A DNA stretch of 59,427 nt from Trichodelitschia bisporula (taxonomy: Eukaryota): positions 1,816,691 to 1,876,117 of the forward strand of contig ML996689.1 in assembly GCA_010356995.1 (NCBI GenBank), read 5' to 3'. The translations under genes and the position numbers were made by a program. Of this stretch, positions 36,965 through 48,578 are shown piece by piece. How positions within the stretch are numbered: position 1 is the first letter of the stretch; each line of letters begins with the position of its first letter. Under the pieces are notes generated by a model. It saw only the letters and a list, made by a program, of their open reading frames with translations. It had not been told where the DNA came from and made no database searches.

Positions 36965-38623
36965 ATGGCCTTTGCCGCAAGACGAATCTTGCGCAGTGCG
37001 CGACCGCTCACGCGCCTCACTCCCCAGTACCACGTCCGCCGGCCTTGTCCCGCCATCGCGCCCTCCCGCACGCTCTCCACTACCGTTCGCCGACCCGCTA
37101 AAAACCCGTTCGACAAGGACGAGGTTATCATACCGACACCCGAACAGGCCAAGCAGATTCAAGCATGGCAACGCGACCTCGGCCTCAGCGATGAGGAGCT
37201 CGTCTACTACACCGACAAGTATCCCGGCATTGACGCCGTTGTCATTGCGAACGTCAAGCAGGGCAACATCACCGAGGCGGACATCCCGGCAGCCATTGCC
37301 GCCCGACAAGGGGAACAGGCTACTGGGGATGGACTCGAGGAGCAGGAGGAGGATGTCGACCTGGATGACTTCATGAAGGACCTCAAAATTGACCCCGAGA
37401 AGCTGGAGCACCTGGGTATTAAGCAGGAGGACTTCGAGATGTTCGCGCAAGAAAAGGACGAGCCTGACTTTGACATGGACGAGATGGAGAAGGACCCCGC
37501 ACTGCGCGAGATGTTGGAGTCGTTCGAGAAGATGGACGAGGATCCCGTGACTATGAAGGCGATGATGGACAAGATTATGGGGGATGTGTCGGCCGAGGAC
37601 TTCCTCTCCGCCCTGTCGGAGGAGGAGCGCGCCGAGCTGGCTGACCCCGAAATCCAACAGGGCATCGAAGAGATGTTCAACGACGAATTCAAGGAGCTGC
37701 GCCGCGGTGCCGATGATACGTATGACCAGGTGGCGTCGGACGAGACGGGTGAGGTGCGCGTCTACAACCGCAGCCGCACCGAGGACGAGTTGTTCGGCGC
37801 AGACACGCCCGGGCGCTGGAAGCAAATCATGGGCATCATGGGCACGCCCGATAACGAGAAGGAGATCGAGCAACCGGGTTTTTGGAATTACGAAGAGGAG
37901 GAGGGAGCGGAAGAAGACGAGGAGTTCCAGGGCGACGACATCACGAGCATGGGCCATGGTGAACTGGACCAGCACCGCGAGATCCGTGAGTACCAGCGCA
38001 TGGCGGCGTGGGAGCTGCCGCTGCTGAATAGTAGGTGAGCCCGCCGCGGGGGAGGACGCGCTGACGATACAGGCCTCGCGAAGCCGTTTGAGCCGCCTGC
38101 CGCTACCCAGCCGCTGCGCTTCCGCTACACGACTTACATGGGCGAGCAACACCCTGCGGCTAAGAAAGTGGTCGTCGAGTTTGCGCCCAAGGACCTACCG
38201 GATTTGACCGATGTCCAGCGTGACAAACTGATCAAGCTGTGCGGTGTGCGGTACAACCCCGGCACGGAATCCGTAAAGATGAGCTGCGAGGCGTTTGAGA
38301 CCCAGGCGCAGAACAAGCGGTACCTCGGCGATTTGGTCGACACGCTGCTGGACGAGGCTCGCGACCCGAAGGACACGTTCGAGGATGTGCCCTTTGACTT
38401 CCGGCATCATCAGCCGAAGCCCTTCCACGCTTTTCCGGATGAGTGGCGCTTGACGCCGGAGCGGCGGGCGAAACTAGAGGCGAAGAGGAAGTTGGCGATT
38501 GAGGCAGATGCGCAGCGCGAGGCGGCGGGCCAGTTGGTAGATGGAACGGCGGTGATTACGGAGGGCTTGAAGATGCGCGGGGCGGCGGAACCGATGCTGG
38601 TGGGGGCGGGCCGGAGGTCATAA
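36965..38623 (+). CDS. RSM24: Mitochondrial small-subunit ribosomal protein mS35 (Rsm24)
   Basis: Arg-rich presequence; HREIREYQRMAAWELPLL, PLRFRYTTYMGEQHPAAKKVVV, FEDVPFDFRH; intron 38031-38072. Confidence 0.92.
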
Positions 38624-38767
38624 GGGTTGAGCAATGGATGCTGATGGGGACGTTGGTCATGTACATACGTGGCAACGGCGCAGCATTGGACGAACAGTGA
38701 ACAGCTTCATTGTACGTGTACTAGGCTAACTGTATTACCATAGGAATCGAGGTCGTGATCGTGAACC

Positions 38768-38802
38768 AAACATCAAGCATCAAACATCAAACATCAAACA
38801 TC
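38768..38802. repeat. 7-bp tandem repeat (AAACATC)x5
   Basis: Direct observation between the convergent RSM24 and protease 3' ends. Confidence 0.85.
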
Positions 38803-38934
38803 GTACAGGTCATCAAGCCAAACCGCTCAAAACGAGGACGACAGCTTCCCGAAAAAGTGCGCCAGCCTGTGATGGTGGGCGCTTTCGCCGCTATTTCCCA
38901 TCAGCATCTCGCAGCGATATGTACTCACGCCTCA

Positions 38935-40396
38935 CTAAGAGCCCTCGGCCGGCGGCACGGCAAGGTTCTGCTCCTTCTCGATGCGCTGAATAGCGCCGAA
39001 GCGCTTGTTGCCCATGTCGAAGATCTCTTCACGTCAGCGCGGGAAAGAGAAGGGTGTGAGGAAAGACATACCGCATAAACTCCCTTGAGGAACGTCCCGC
39101 CTAGGATATCAAAGTCGAGGTCGCCGCGCGACTGAATCCCACCATAAATCATGCCATTGCCAGCATCAGCAAAGCCGAGGTCCTCCTTCTGGACGTGGAA
39201 CAGCTTGTTGCCGACAGCAAACGCAACGTCGGGCAGCTGCGCCGCCTTGGTCTTCGCCGGGAAGACATAGCCCTGGTTCGTGCTATCGTACTTGGCCCCT
39301 GGAATGGCCTTGTAGATAGCGTCGACGACGCTGTCCTCGACGAGCGCGAGCGTGGTGCCCGTGTCCGCGATGGCGGTGTTACCCGAGCGCTGAATCGTCT
39401 TCCCGTTGATGCTGTAGCTCGCGCTGTTGAACTGCCAGAAGCCCTGCGACGTGTCCACGGGCGTGTATGACGGCTGGGCATTGCCATTCGCCTTCAGCGT
39501 GTCCTGGTCGATGTACCCGAACGTGTAGAAGGACTCGCCCTTGTCCGCCTCGTTGGCGTCGCGCCAGCTGCCGAGGTAGGCCGTGAACAGCGCCTGCGAG
39601 ATGCCTTTCTGCGCGACCATGTTCTCGACCGGCGTCTTCTGAGGTGTGGGCTTGATGGTGTTGAGCTGGCCCCACGCGAGGCCGAGAAGGCCATCGCCCG
39701 CGCTCTGCACGAACTGCGCCGACATCTGCTTCGCGAGCTCGACGGCCTGCCCTTCGACGCTGATGCCGCCGACGTTGAGCGTGTCGGTGCCCACGTCACC
39801 GGACGCGGACGAATTGTCGCCGTACTGGATCTTCCACGTGCTGCCCGTAAGCTTCTTCCAGGAGCTCGACTTGGCAGGGTTAAAGACGTTGTGCCCCTCC
39901 GAAGACTGCGAGAGCGTGTTCTTGGGCAGCTCCGTCGACCACACCCACAGGTCGCTCGAGCCGGTGTCGAAGTCGAGGTTCACAGTCTGCGCGGGCGTGC
40001 CGATGCCGACAGGGCAGAGCCACATGGAGTCGTTCTGCTGGTCGTCGGCCGTCACGTCCCCTACATTGCCTTCAGCATCAATCGTCTTCATGAGGGAGGG
40101 CTCAAAAGTGGCGCGACCTCCGATCGGCTGCTGCTGTTGCTGGTCTGGGACGTGCTCATGGTCGTGGAACTCGTGCAGCCCACCCTTGCCGTATTTGCCT
40201 TGCGTGTGGACGTGACCGCCGCTGAAGTAGGGGCCCTCCTTTGTGGGGTGGATGTTGTCTGGAATGGTTAGTGAGGAAGCGAGGGTGGGAGTGGTGCAGA
40301 CGTACACTTCCTCAACAGCCAAACGTAGGACTTGATGCCCGAACGCTTGTAGTTATGGTTGAAGCGGAGTGGAATGCGGGTGAGGTTGGACGCCAT
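38935..40396 (-). CDS. Pepsin-family (A1) aspartic protease without an evident signal peptide
   Basis: LDFDTGSSDLW and AIADTGTTL catalytic motifs, IQYGD flap, ILGGTFL, terminal exon IFDMGNKRFG; two introns. Confidence 0.92.
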
Positions 40397-41189
40397 GATG
40401 TCTGGATAACGGAAAAAGCAAGTGGTTGAGGTGCGCTTGAGGTAATGAGATAGTGGGTTTGAAAGCAACGAATCTGAGTTGCAGAGGATGGTTGGAGTAA
40501 ATTGAGGACGAAATCCCAAGTCAAACAGAGTTTATATGCTACGTTGGTACCTGCCATGACGAAACCAGGCAATCGCAATGCACACCCCAGCCTACACTTA
40601 CCAATCGGGGAGCATGTCCGAATCAGGGAAGCAGCGTCTCTAATTCGTGTCTAATGCGTGCCTGGAGAAAACGTGCGGTGCTAACAAGCTTTTTGCCCGC
40701 AACACAGCCGCGCGGGATCTCCACCAGCCAGGCGGGCAAGCCCCAAAGCGGCAGCTAATGCCAGGACAGGGCCGTGCCGATCCCCGCAGCCAACGTCGTC
40801 AATCGCTTACGTGGTGGTAGTGATGCGGGAGATGGCCCTGGGCGAGGCTTGACCTGTCAGTGTCATTGGCGCCTCGTTGTTCGGAAGCCAGAGCTCGGTA
40901 CGTCATCCGGGACTGTCCAGTTGGAAGCCGGGCCTGGCGATAGTCGCCCCTGCCAACCCTCTCATTCCGGCATTCTGATGGTCGAACCAAAGAAGACTGC
41001 AATTTCCCGAGCCCAGAGTGGATACGTGTATCAGTGAGAAGGCACATTTGGAACTTTATTGGCAGAGAATTAATTTATTCGCGCAAGACTTGCTTTTCCC
41101 CCACGTCACTAGCGTTTGCTGCACGGCGCCGGAAGTGATGGAGTTGTTTCGCGTCTTCTTGACCTTAAGAGCATGTCTGACGGAAGAGA

Positions 41190-41802
41190 TTACTGTGCAT
41201 CGCACTCCTGCAGGTCAGGAATATCGGCAGGGGAGTCGAGACTTTGAAGCCGACAAGGCTGGCCGAAAACTTTCCACCCACACATAAAAGCACTTGTCAT
41301 CGTCTTGGGATTAACGACAAACTTGGCCGCAATGCCTCCTATGATGATAGCACCGTTGATCCCCTCAATGAGCTTGATTTAGAACCCGTAGAGCAGTTTG
41401 TCCAGAGCAAGGGAGTTTGGCATCGCCTAGCATGATAGGTCAGTATCTCTGCTCCTATGGAAGACGACAAACACGCACCACCCAGATATTCGTTTTGACA
41501 ATTGTATAGAACGCAGCGTAGATCTGATCTATTACAATAAATTCGCCCGAGAGTGCGTAAAACTCCGCTTAAATGGATTCGACTTCTTCTACGTAAGATT
41601 TAGCGACCATGGGGATAAGTTAACATAGCGGCATTTGCCGGCGAGACGACTCGATGATATGGTAGACTTCATTGCGCTGAGGCTTCGAACCCTATCGTTC
41701 AACTTTTGCACCATTTACCGCAATAATAGGATGTCCAACGAGCAGCGCTGCATCTGGCCCTTTGAAGGTCTAACGGTTGCCGTTCAGCAAGACTGCAGTC
41801 AT
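41190..41802 (-). pseudogene. Possible decayed gene relic of unknown family
   Basis: One frame with five internal TAA/TAG stops and no TGA, kept in phase across a canonical intron 41427-41478 (GTGCGT..CTGAC..TAG). Confidence 0.3.
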
Positions 41803-41832
41803 GGAGCCAGTTCAGACATCATACTACATCAT

Positions 41833-42767
41833 TCACAAGCAATTGACGACACTGTCAGATATTTGGCCGCCTGTGATATTTCGCAAGGTTATTTCGAACG
41901 GGTTACAAGGTTGGTGGATGGGCTTCTCCCCTCTCTTCGCCCTGTTCATCAAGCCGCCTTCATGAGAATCAGAATCTCCGATCAACGAGTTCGCATCTTC
42001 CTCTTCGCTGCTGTCCTCCTCCTCCGAGTCATCGTCCGCCGCATAGGGATCCGGCGGTGGAGGGGCATCTCATTTGTTGATGAAATTCCTGTAGAAGTGG
42101 GGCTTGTTTTCGTCGTGCAACAGGTTCCCAACGCGGCGATGCTTTGATGGCAGGTCTTCTATGCACTTCCAGCCCGGACCGTTTTCCTTCCAGAAGTAGT
42201 TGCCTACAACATAGGCGGAACCGATGTACGCAAGGCCAAGGAGTGCAAGCTCGCGCGTGAAGGCCACTTCGGAATGCTCGCGGAGTGCGACAGGGAGAGA
42301 GCGGATCGTGTCGTAGCAAGATTCCAGGTATGCAAGAAGAGTGGGCACCGAAACGAACTCGGACAAGCACTTGATTTGGGTCGTGTGCTTCTTGTTCATC
42401 GGATCAAACATGACGAGGCTGCCGGGCATGATGATGACGCGGGGCGAGGTATCCTTCCCAACAACCGCACATTCCGGAAATTCCAGAGTGTAGCAAGAAG
42501 TGGGAATATTGCAGACCGGCGGTAGGCGCATGAAGGAGGGCTTGTCGGCTATGATGGCCTCTGCTGCAACGTCAAGCTGGTCGTGCACAATGACGAAGGC
42601 GATGATGTTGAAAGCCAAGGTGGGGGGACGCGAAATGCCGCGGCCCACAAGTGGTCTCCCCACACAACGTAAGGTATCGAGCGGCTGCTGAGTGACGAGG
42701 AATACTCGAGGATGCTGACGCCGCAGTCCTCAGCGCGTTGACGAGGAATGGGCCCGTGAGCGACCAT
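41833..42767 (-). pseudogene. Pseudogene of a fungal nucleotidyltransferase-like protein
   Basis: IPYVVWGD..FRVP(T)LAF..V motif split by a frameshift in a C6 run (42622-42627); in-frame TGA at 42070-42072 followed by an in-frame acidic tail DDDSEEEDSSEEED. Confidence 0.55.
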
Positions 42768-43400
42768 GGTGGCGAAAGATGAGGGTTTCGTTTGCTTTGT
42801 GGTTGAGGAAAGAAAGCAGGTGAAGTGTGGAGGTATCGAAGCAGTTGGAGTCAGCGACCAAGTATGGCGGAAGAGGACAGGTGGAGTGGTGACTGAAAGG
42901 GCGGCGGTCACCACGTCGGGGCACGGTACCAGTATGTGCGGTGGTTTGGTGAACGGGCCTGGCCCGATGGGGTCCCTCCTGCCATCACAACCGCCTTCCT
43001 GTACAGACTCAACTCATGTACTGTACTCCGTAGGTACTTCGTACAGCGGCCTCAGACAATCAGCTTGGAGTGTCACACAGCGGCATTACTACTGCAGGTC
43101 CCATGCATGCTCGGTCAAGGAGGATGCGCTGACGGTTAGCGGCATGAGGATGAAGGCATGTCTAAGGCACACATTGAGCTGCCATTTGTCCATACGCTGA
43201 CTACTTTCATCCGCTCATCATCAGGTCTTCACTATACATAGCTCCGCCAGCGCATAGCGTTGTCGGCCGGCGCGGTCCCAATTCGTCGCCTCTGTCGGTC
43301 GGTGATGTCAATGACGTCATCCCATGTCCATCCGTCTCAGATCCGCATTCATCATGCGAGAGCGATACCAAAGCGGCCAGTCAAACAAAGGCCACAGCGC

Positions 43401-44372
43401 TCAAGAATCAAAGCTCTTTATCGGGGGCATGAAGCCCAATCCGCCACCGCTCTTCGCCTTGTCATCCCCACCGGCGCTCCGATCCTTGACGTGCTGCCGA
43501 AGTAACGTCAAGATCTCGCTGTCCTTCCAGCGAGCGGGGACAGGACGGTACGCAGGCTTGAAGGTGCCCACAGTCTGCGCCCATTCTCCGGGTCTGGGGG
43601 ACTGTGGAGGAGGTGCCGCCTTGCCCTGTGCGGCGGGCGTGGCGGTCTCAGGACCGGAGCCCTCGGCCGCCTCCATTGACGTAGGCGTAGGCTCTTGCGT
43701 CGCCCAGTAGTAGATATCCCAGTCGTTTTCGTCCAGGAAGCGGTCATATTCTTGGAGCTGCTCCGGTGTCATGGCAGCGAGATTCTCGTCGGCGAAGGTG
43801 GAGAGAAGGAGGTCGCTCTCGAGGGTACCGCGCTTGCGGCTCTGATCTGGGGAAGTCAGTGGGGCAGTGGGGCGAGTGGGAGCGTGGAGGAGCTGCAAAA
43901 ATATTTGCGCAAGGAGTGAGAGTACAGCGAAAGAGTTGCGAGGACAGGACTTACAAAGGAGGCGGGCACGCATCGTGTTCGGGTCCTCACCTGAGCGATG
44001 CAGCGGCTCAATGCGAAAGGAACCACCCTCAATCTCGCCCACCTTGAGCTCGCCGCTCTGGGCCCCATCCGTCATGTGCTGCATTCGGGGGGGATCATGG
44101 TCTGCTGGCTCGAAGTTCGGGTCGGCGGCGGAGAGCAGCTCGGGCGGCGGATGGCCCTGGCCAACGCTCGGGAGGTCGTTGGCGATGGTTGAGGTAGTAT
44201 TTGTGAGATGCGGATTCAACGGCTTCTCGGCTTTGATGCGCCGGTACTCGGCGGCAGTATCTTGATGCCGGTCATTGTGCCCAGAGCGCACTGCGGTGAT
44301 ACTGAAAGCGCGGGACCTAGGGACGCGGGGTGCGGAGGTCTTAAGTGTGCGGAGCGCAAACTTGAAAGCCAT
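43401..44372 (-). CDS. SDH5: Succinate dehydrogenase assembly factor 2 (Sdh5/Emi5)
   Basis: [39 protein letters not shown] after removing intron 43847-43954; mitochondrial presequence. Confidence 0.95.
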   Translation of the reverse strand: MAFKFALRTLKTSAPRVPRSRAFSITAVRSGHNDRHQDTAAEYRRIKAEKPLNPHLTNTTSTIANDLPSVGQGHPPPELLSAADPNFEPADHDPPRMQHMTDGAQSGELKVGEIEGGSFRIEPLHRSGEDPNTMRARLLCKSCPRNSFAVLSLLAQIFLQLLHAPTRPTAPLTSPDQSRKRGTLESDLLLSTFADENLAAMTPEQLQEYDRFLDENDWDIYYWATQEPTPTSMEAAEGSGPETATPAAQGKAAPPPQSPRPGEWAQTVGTFKPAYRPVPARWKDSEILTLLRQHVKDRSAGGDDKAKSGGGLGFMPPIKSFDS

Positions 44373-46006
44373 GGAGAGCAATTGGAGTGGGGTCCGTGAA
44401 ATTGGCAGAAATCGACGTCCAATTGGCCAACGCGATTGCTGTGGGCAGTATTCGATACCGACGATGGGTTTGCGAAGCTCAGGTTGAGGTGTTCGGTGCG
44501 AGTTTTGGTGCTATCTCTGATAAATTTGCCCTGACATCACCCGGCGTCGGCGCCAGACGGGGGCTGCTCAAGTCCGATGGGCCAAGAGCGCCAGCCGCTT
44601 TTCTGGGGGCACCTCTCCAGCTTCACGATACAGTACATCTCCGCCCTCAGTGACTACGTCCATTGCAGGAGCAGCCGTTCTTGAGTCGAATTTGGTGCTA
44701 CTGCCTCAAAATATGACTTCTATAATCGTGTGTTCGATGAGAGTGCTCTTACCGCAGTCCCATTTGCGCCTCAGAGCTTTCAGGATGCCGCATAGCCGTT
44801 GACAGCGATTTCGCAGACGAGAGGAAGGGCAACCACCCGCGCTGTGTTCTCGCAAAGTTTTCAGGGAAAGATCCAATGCTACTTCGTGTGCTCGCTGGAG
44901 AGTGCCGTGTGAGTCTCTCTCGCTGCACGGGTTCCTGTCGAGCCTGACCAAAGTCCTAAGCAAAAGCGGCCTCATCAACATGGACATCTTTCAAAACCCT
45001 CCGATACTGGACATTCCCCGAAAGTGATGGTTGTTAGCGGAATACCCCCCACAAACGGCACATGGTGCTGTAGTCGGCCTCCGGGCCTGCAATCTAAACG
45101 GTTCCGCTCCCTTCCCAGCCCATCTCACAACTCGCCGGACTTGTTGGCGGTTCCGTTCCCTGGCCGAGCGAACACAGCATGTCCTAGATGGCATTATTAA
45201 GCCACTCCGAGCATACCTGCTTATACTCCGATGTAACGGCCCCCGGTCGTTCAGCTCCTACCGCGGACTCCGGCAAAGGCTGCGCCGGTTCGGCTGAGGA
45301 GCCGAGGATGAAGCCGAGGTCGTGCTTCGTCCTCAATGTGTGCCATGATGATCAGCACATTCGTCTGCCTCGTATTGCCCAGTCTCCCACTGCTTCTAAA
45401 TCCCATGTCCGACATAGTGACTTTACCGTACGTGTCGTAAACCGGAAGTCTCTCTCGCCCATGCCACCTCTCGCCGCCATCGCTGACGAAGATGTCCAGT
45501 TGTTGCGCCTCATCATGGCGTTGGTGGGATGGTAATGATATTGAACCTACTCGAAGGGTATTCTTACTCCCGCCGCCCACTGGTCCTACGTCCCTCCTCT
45601 TCATCAAAGGTGGTGGGCATAAAACTGTTGGTATAGTGGAAAACAAAGCACTGTTACGATGGAAGAAGCTACATGAGATATTTCTGCGCCGAGCGCGTGC
45701 CAACCTTCTCTCTGCAGTGCATACATCCATACCAGCAATGAGATCGACTTCGTTGTCTGGCACGATCCACTTCCTGTAGTATGAGTCTTCTCGGGGTGAC
45801 AAATCAAGACTGTGGCCCAATGCGCTCTAATTTTCTTCAGGTACGAAACAGCTTCAGCCGATGTAAAGGGTGAGCCAGCGTTAGTCTACTGCCGCCAGTA
45901 TCCTCTGCAGCGTTTTTGTCGCTGCCATCAAGATTGAGTATCGCTGCGGAGCCGCACTTAGTCAGCATAATTGCCTTGAAGCCTCAATCACTCGGCCGAC
46001 GAATGC

Positions 46007-46464
46007 GGAATGCCGGATGCAGCGTCGGAGCAACGAGCCGCTCATGCACGTCACAATGCCATTGAGCTCACCTTAAACCGAAGGCGCATTCCGCTAGCTG
46101 ACTGTCATGGCTGCTGAGCTCGAAGCTTGAGCTTGCCCCACCAATTGCATGGCTGTGACAACGAGCATGTCCATGACAATGCGACCAGGAGCATCAGGCT
46201 GAGGCTTGGGTTGCATGCACAGCCCTTGAAACAAGCTTGGTATCGCAGGCCATCGCATGACCTTCGCGGAGGCAGCCTGACGCTTCCCTCATGTTGCGGC
46301 TCAAAATCCTCCCACATGTGCAAAGTCACCACATACCGGCTCCCAAAGGCTTTGTCCACCCGCAACCGGAATGCCGCGATTCACGGCAACGGCGAAAATT
46401 CCCCAGCCTCCGAACTGCGCAGGTTTCCGGGGCAGCACATGGCTGCTATTTGGAGAATGGAATG
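46007..46464. promoter_or_regulatory. Cluster of CATTCY (AbaA/TEA response element) sites upstream of wetA
   Basis: GGAATG 46007, CATTCC 46087, GGAATG 46368, AGAATG 46454, GGAATG 46459; TATATA at 46496. Confidence 0.6.
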
Positions 46465-46565
46465 CTTCCGCCAGCCAGGAGTTGCCACGAAAAAGTATAT
46501 ATCGCACTTGCACAAGCCCTGTATCGTTGCTTTTGAGAGCCTGATCACCCTTGACCTCTGCAGCC

Positions 46566-47885
46566 ATGATTCGTCACCATCCGTCGTGCCCTCAGCCGAG
46601 CCTGTCCCAGTTGGGCGAGGACTTTACCGACTGGACACAGGAAAACATCGATGATCTATTCGAGTACTTCATCAATCCTGAGTCGACACGCGTCCCGTTC
46701 ACCGACGGCCTCGACCAACGGGACCAGAAACTAGCACAGGACCTGCTATCCTTCTTTGATGCAGACTGTGGCGAGGCTGACGACAAAGACTGGGATTCTA
46801 GGCTGGATCTGCTTCAAAGGCCAGCCTTGTGCGCGGATCATTCATCCGTAGATTACGACGCTCATAACCCGCCCTCGCCGTCGCCCCCGCAGCGCCATCC
46901 CGCGCGACTTCCGTCTTCTCCGTCAACATCCCGCGTGCGGGGCCCTCAGCTGTCGCTGACCATTCGCTCCAAACCCAACCACCGCAGCCGCGCCGTTTCC
47001 GCCCGTATCCAAAAGACGCGCAAAGCCTCGCACTCGGCGTCGCCCAAGATGTCCTCGCCACGGAAATCCGCGCCACGCACCCCGCTGGATCACGATTTTG
47101 CATTCCAACAGTACGGGTTCCCGCCCTACGACTACATGCCTATCCCGTCACCGGGCTTCGACCGCGCCCCTCTGGGGGTCGACCGCGATGACCTCGGCCC
47201 CGGCGGTCTCCAGCGTCCACTCGAGCGCCCGTTATACCTGACCCCACCACACACAAACCCTCTTCCACCGTCCGCTTGGGACACACCACGCTCCGACGAA
47301 GACAACTGGATGATGGGTGGCTCGAACCCCGCCGTTACCTGCGGCGCCGCGGCTGAAAACGTCGGCCTGGGCATCACGGCAAGCTTTCCGCCGATGTTCT
47401 CACCGTCGCCGACACACCCACGCTCAAGCCCGCGCGTGCTGCGGACTGCCAGTTGCGACGTGCTGCGAACCGCCAGCTGTGTCGCTGCATCACTCGGCGC
47501 CATGCCACCGCCGGGCGTTCCGGAAATGCAGCCCGCCTTCTACCGCGCCCACCCGCGCGACCGCTCCATCGCCGTGCCCATTGCGCAAGCCGAGTCACCG
47601 CCGCTTCCACGCACGCCACACCGCCGCACCAAATCAGGTTGCTACACACGACGCAAGTCTATGGGCGCCGTCGAGTTTTCGCAGGTGGGTTTCGTCAACT
47701 TCACACCGGAGGACAAGCGCAAAATTTTGAACGGCGTCGCGCCCAGTGGGAGCAGCAAAACGAAGGCGCGTCGCGAGAAGGAGGCGGCGGAGAAGCAGCG
47801 CAAGCTGAGCGAGGCCGCACGGAAGGCGGTCATTGAGGCAGGGGGGGATGTTTCATTGCTAGAGCGGAAGCTGGCCGCGGGGTGA
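46566..47885 (+). CDS. wetA: Developmental regulator WetA
   Basis: C-terminal ESC1/WetA domain GFVNFTPEDKRKILNGVAPSGSSKTKARREKEAAEKQRKLSEAA..AGGD; first ATG 46566. Confidence 0.92.
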   Translation: MIRHHPSCPQPSLSQLGEDFTDWTQENIDDLFEYFINPESTRVPFTDGLDQRDQKLAQDLLSFFDADCGEADDKDWDSRLDLLQRPALCADHSSVDYDAHNPPSPSPPQRHPARLPSSPSTSRVRGPQLSLTIRSKPNHRSRAVSARIQKTRKASHSASPKMSSPRKSAPRTPLDHDFAFQQYGFPPYDYMPIPSPGFDRAPLGVDRDDLGPGGLQRPLERPLYLTPPHTNPLPPSAWDTPRSDEDNWMMGGSNPAVTCGAAAENVGLGITASFPPMFSPSPTHPRSSPRVLRTASCDVLRTASCVAASLGAMPPPGVPEMQPAFYRAHPRDRSIAVPIAQAESPPLPRTPHRRTKSGCYTRRKSMGAVEFSQVGFVNFTPEDKRKILNGVAPSGSSKTKARREKEAAEKQRKLSEAARKAVIEAGGDVSLLERKLAAG

Positions 47886-48578
47886 TCATAAGGGGGCGTA
47901 ATGGGGCTGATGCACTCTTGGGCAAGGTTCAATGGAACTGAATCAATGGGACTGGAGGTGGAAGCTGTATTTCAATGAGCTATCTGGCAATGGATAGTCG
48001 AAAACGTATCTGGGACCGTTAGCATCTGAGGGCATGGAGCGCTGGTGCGGCAGGCGCATGGTGGGGACGTACTTCAGTCTGTAGGCGGACACTTTAAGAG
48101 ATGCGTTTGCAGTTGCACCATTCATCAATCGTGAAGACGCCGCTTGGAACCACATAAACCCAACTGAGCAAGTCAGGTCAACTAATCGGCGGTTGATGCA
48201 AATAACTCACCGCCAAAAACACAAGGAAGCCGTAAGCCTGACATGACTGTTATGGTCAGTACGTGGCGCTCGAGGGGCTATATTCTCACAGTCGTGAAGC
48301 GTGAACCACGTGTTGACTAAGGCGTTCTGTAAAAATCAGTACCAGTACTGGAGAGGAGCGGCAGTGCGGACTCAAGTGCTCTACAGCCTCCCGTGCGTCT
48401 AATGTACCCGGCCTGGACAGACAGCATGCAATACCAGATGGCGGGTGCAACTCCAGAAAGCAGGCAATCCCATATGGCAGATTCAAGAACAGATGGCAAA
48501 TGCAAACACAACCAGGAAACCTCGGTGATTCTTACAGAGGAGGGCTTGTACCAAATGCACTATGTGCAAGATACCAAG

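Noticed and set aside
44706..45820. Minus-strand ORFs (189 aa and 93 aa) between SDH5 and wetA
   Set aside because: No recognisable domain, non-ATG start, no convincing intron; may be a relic or wetA regulatory DNA
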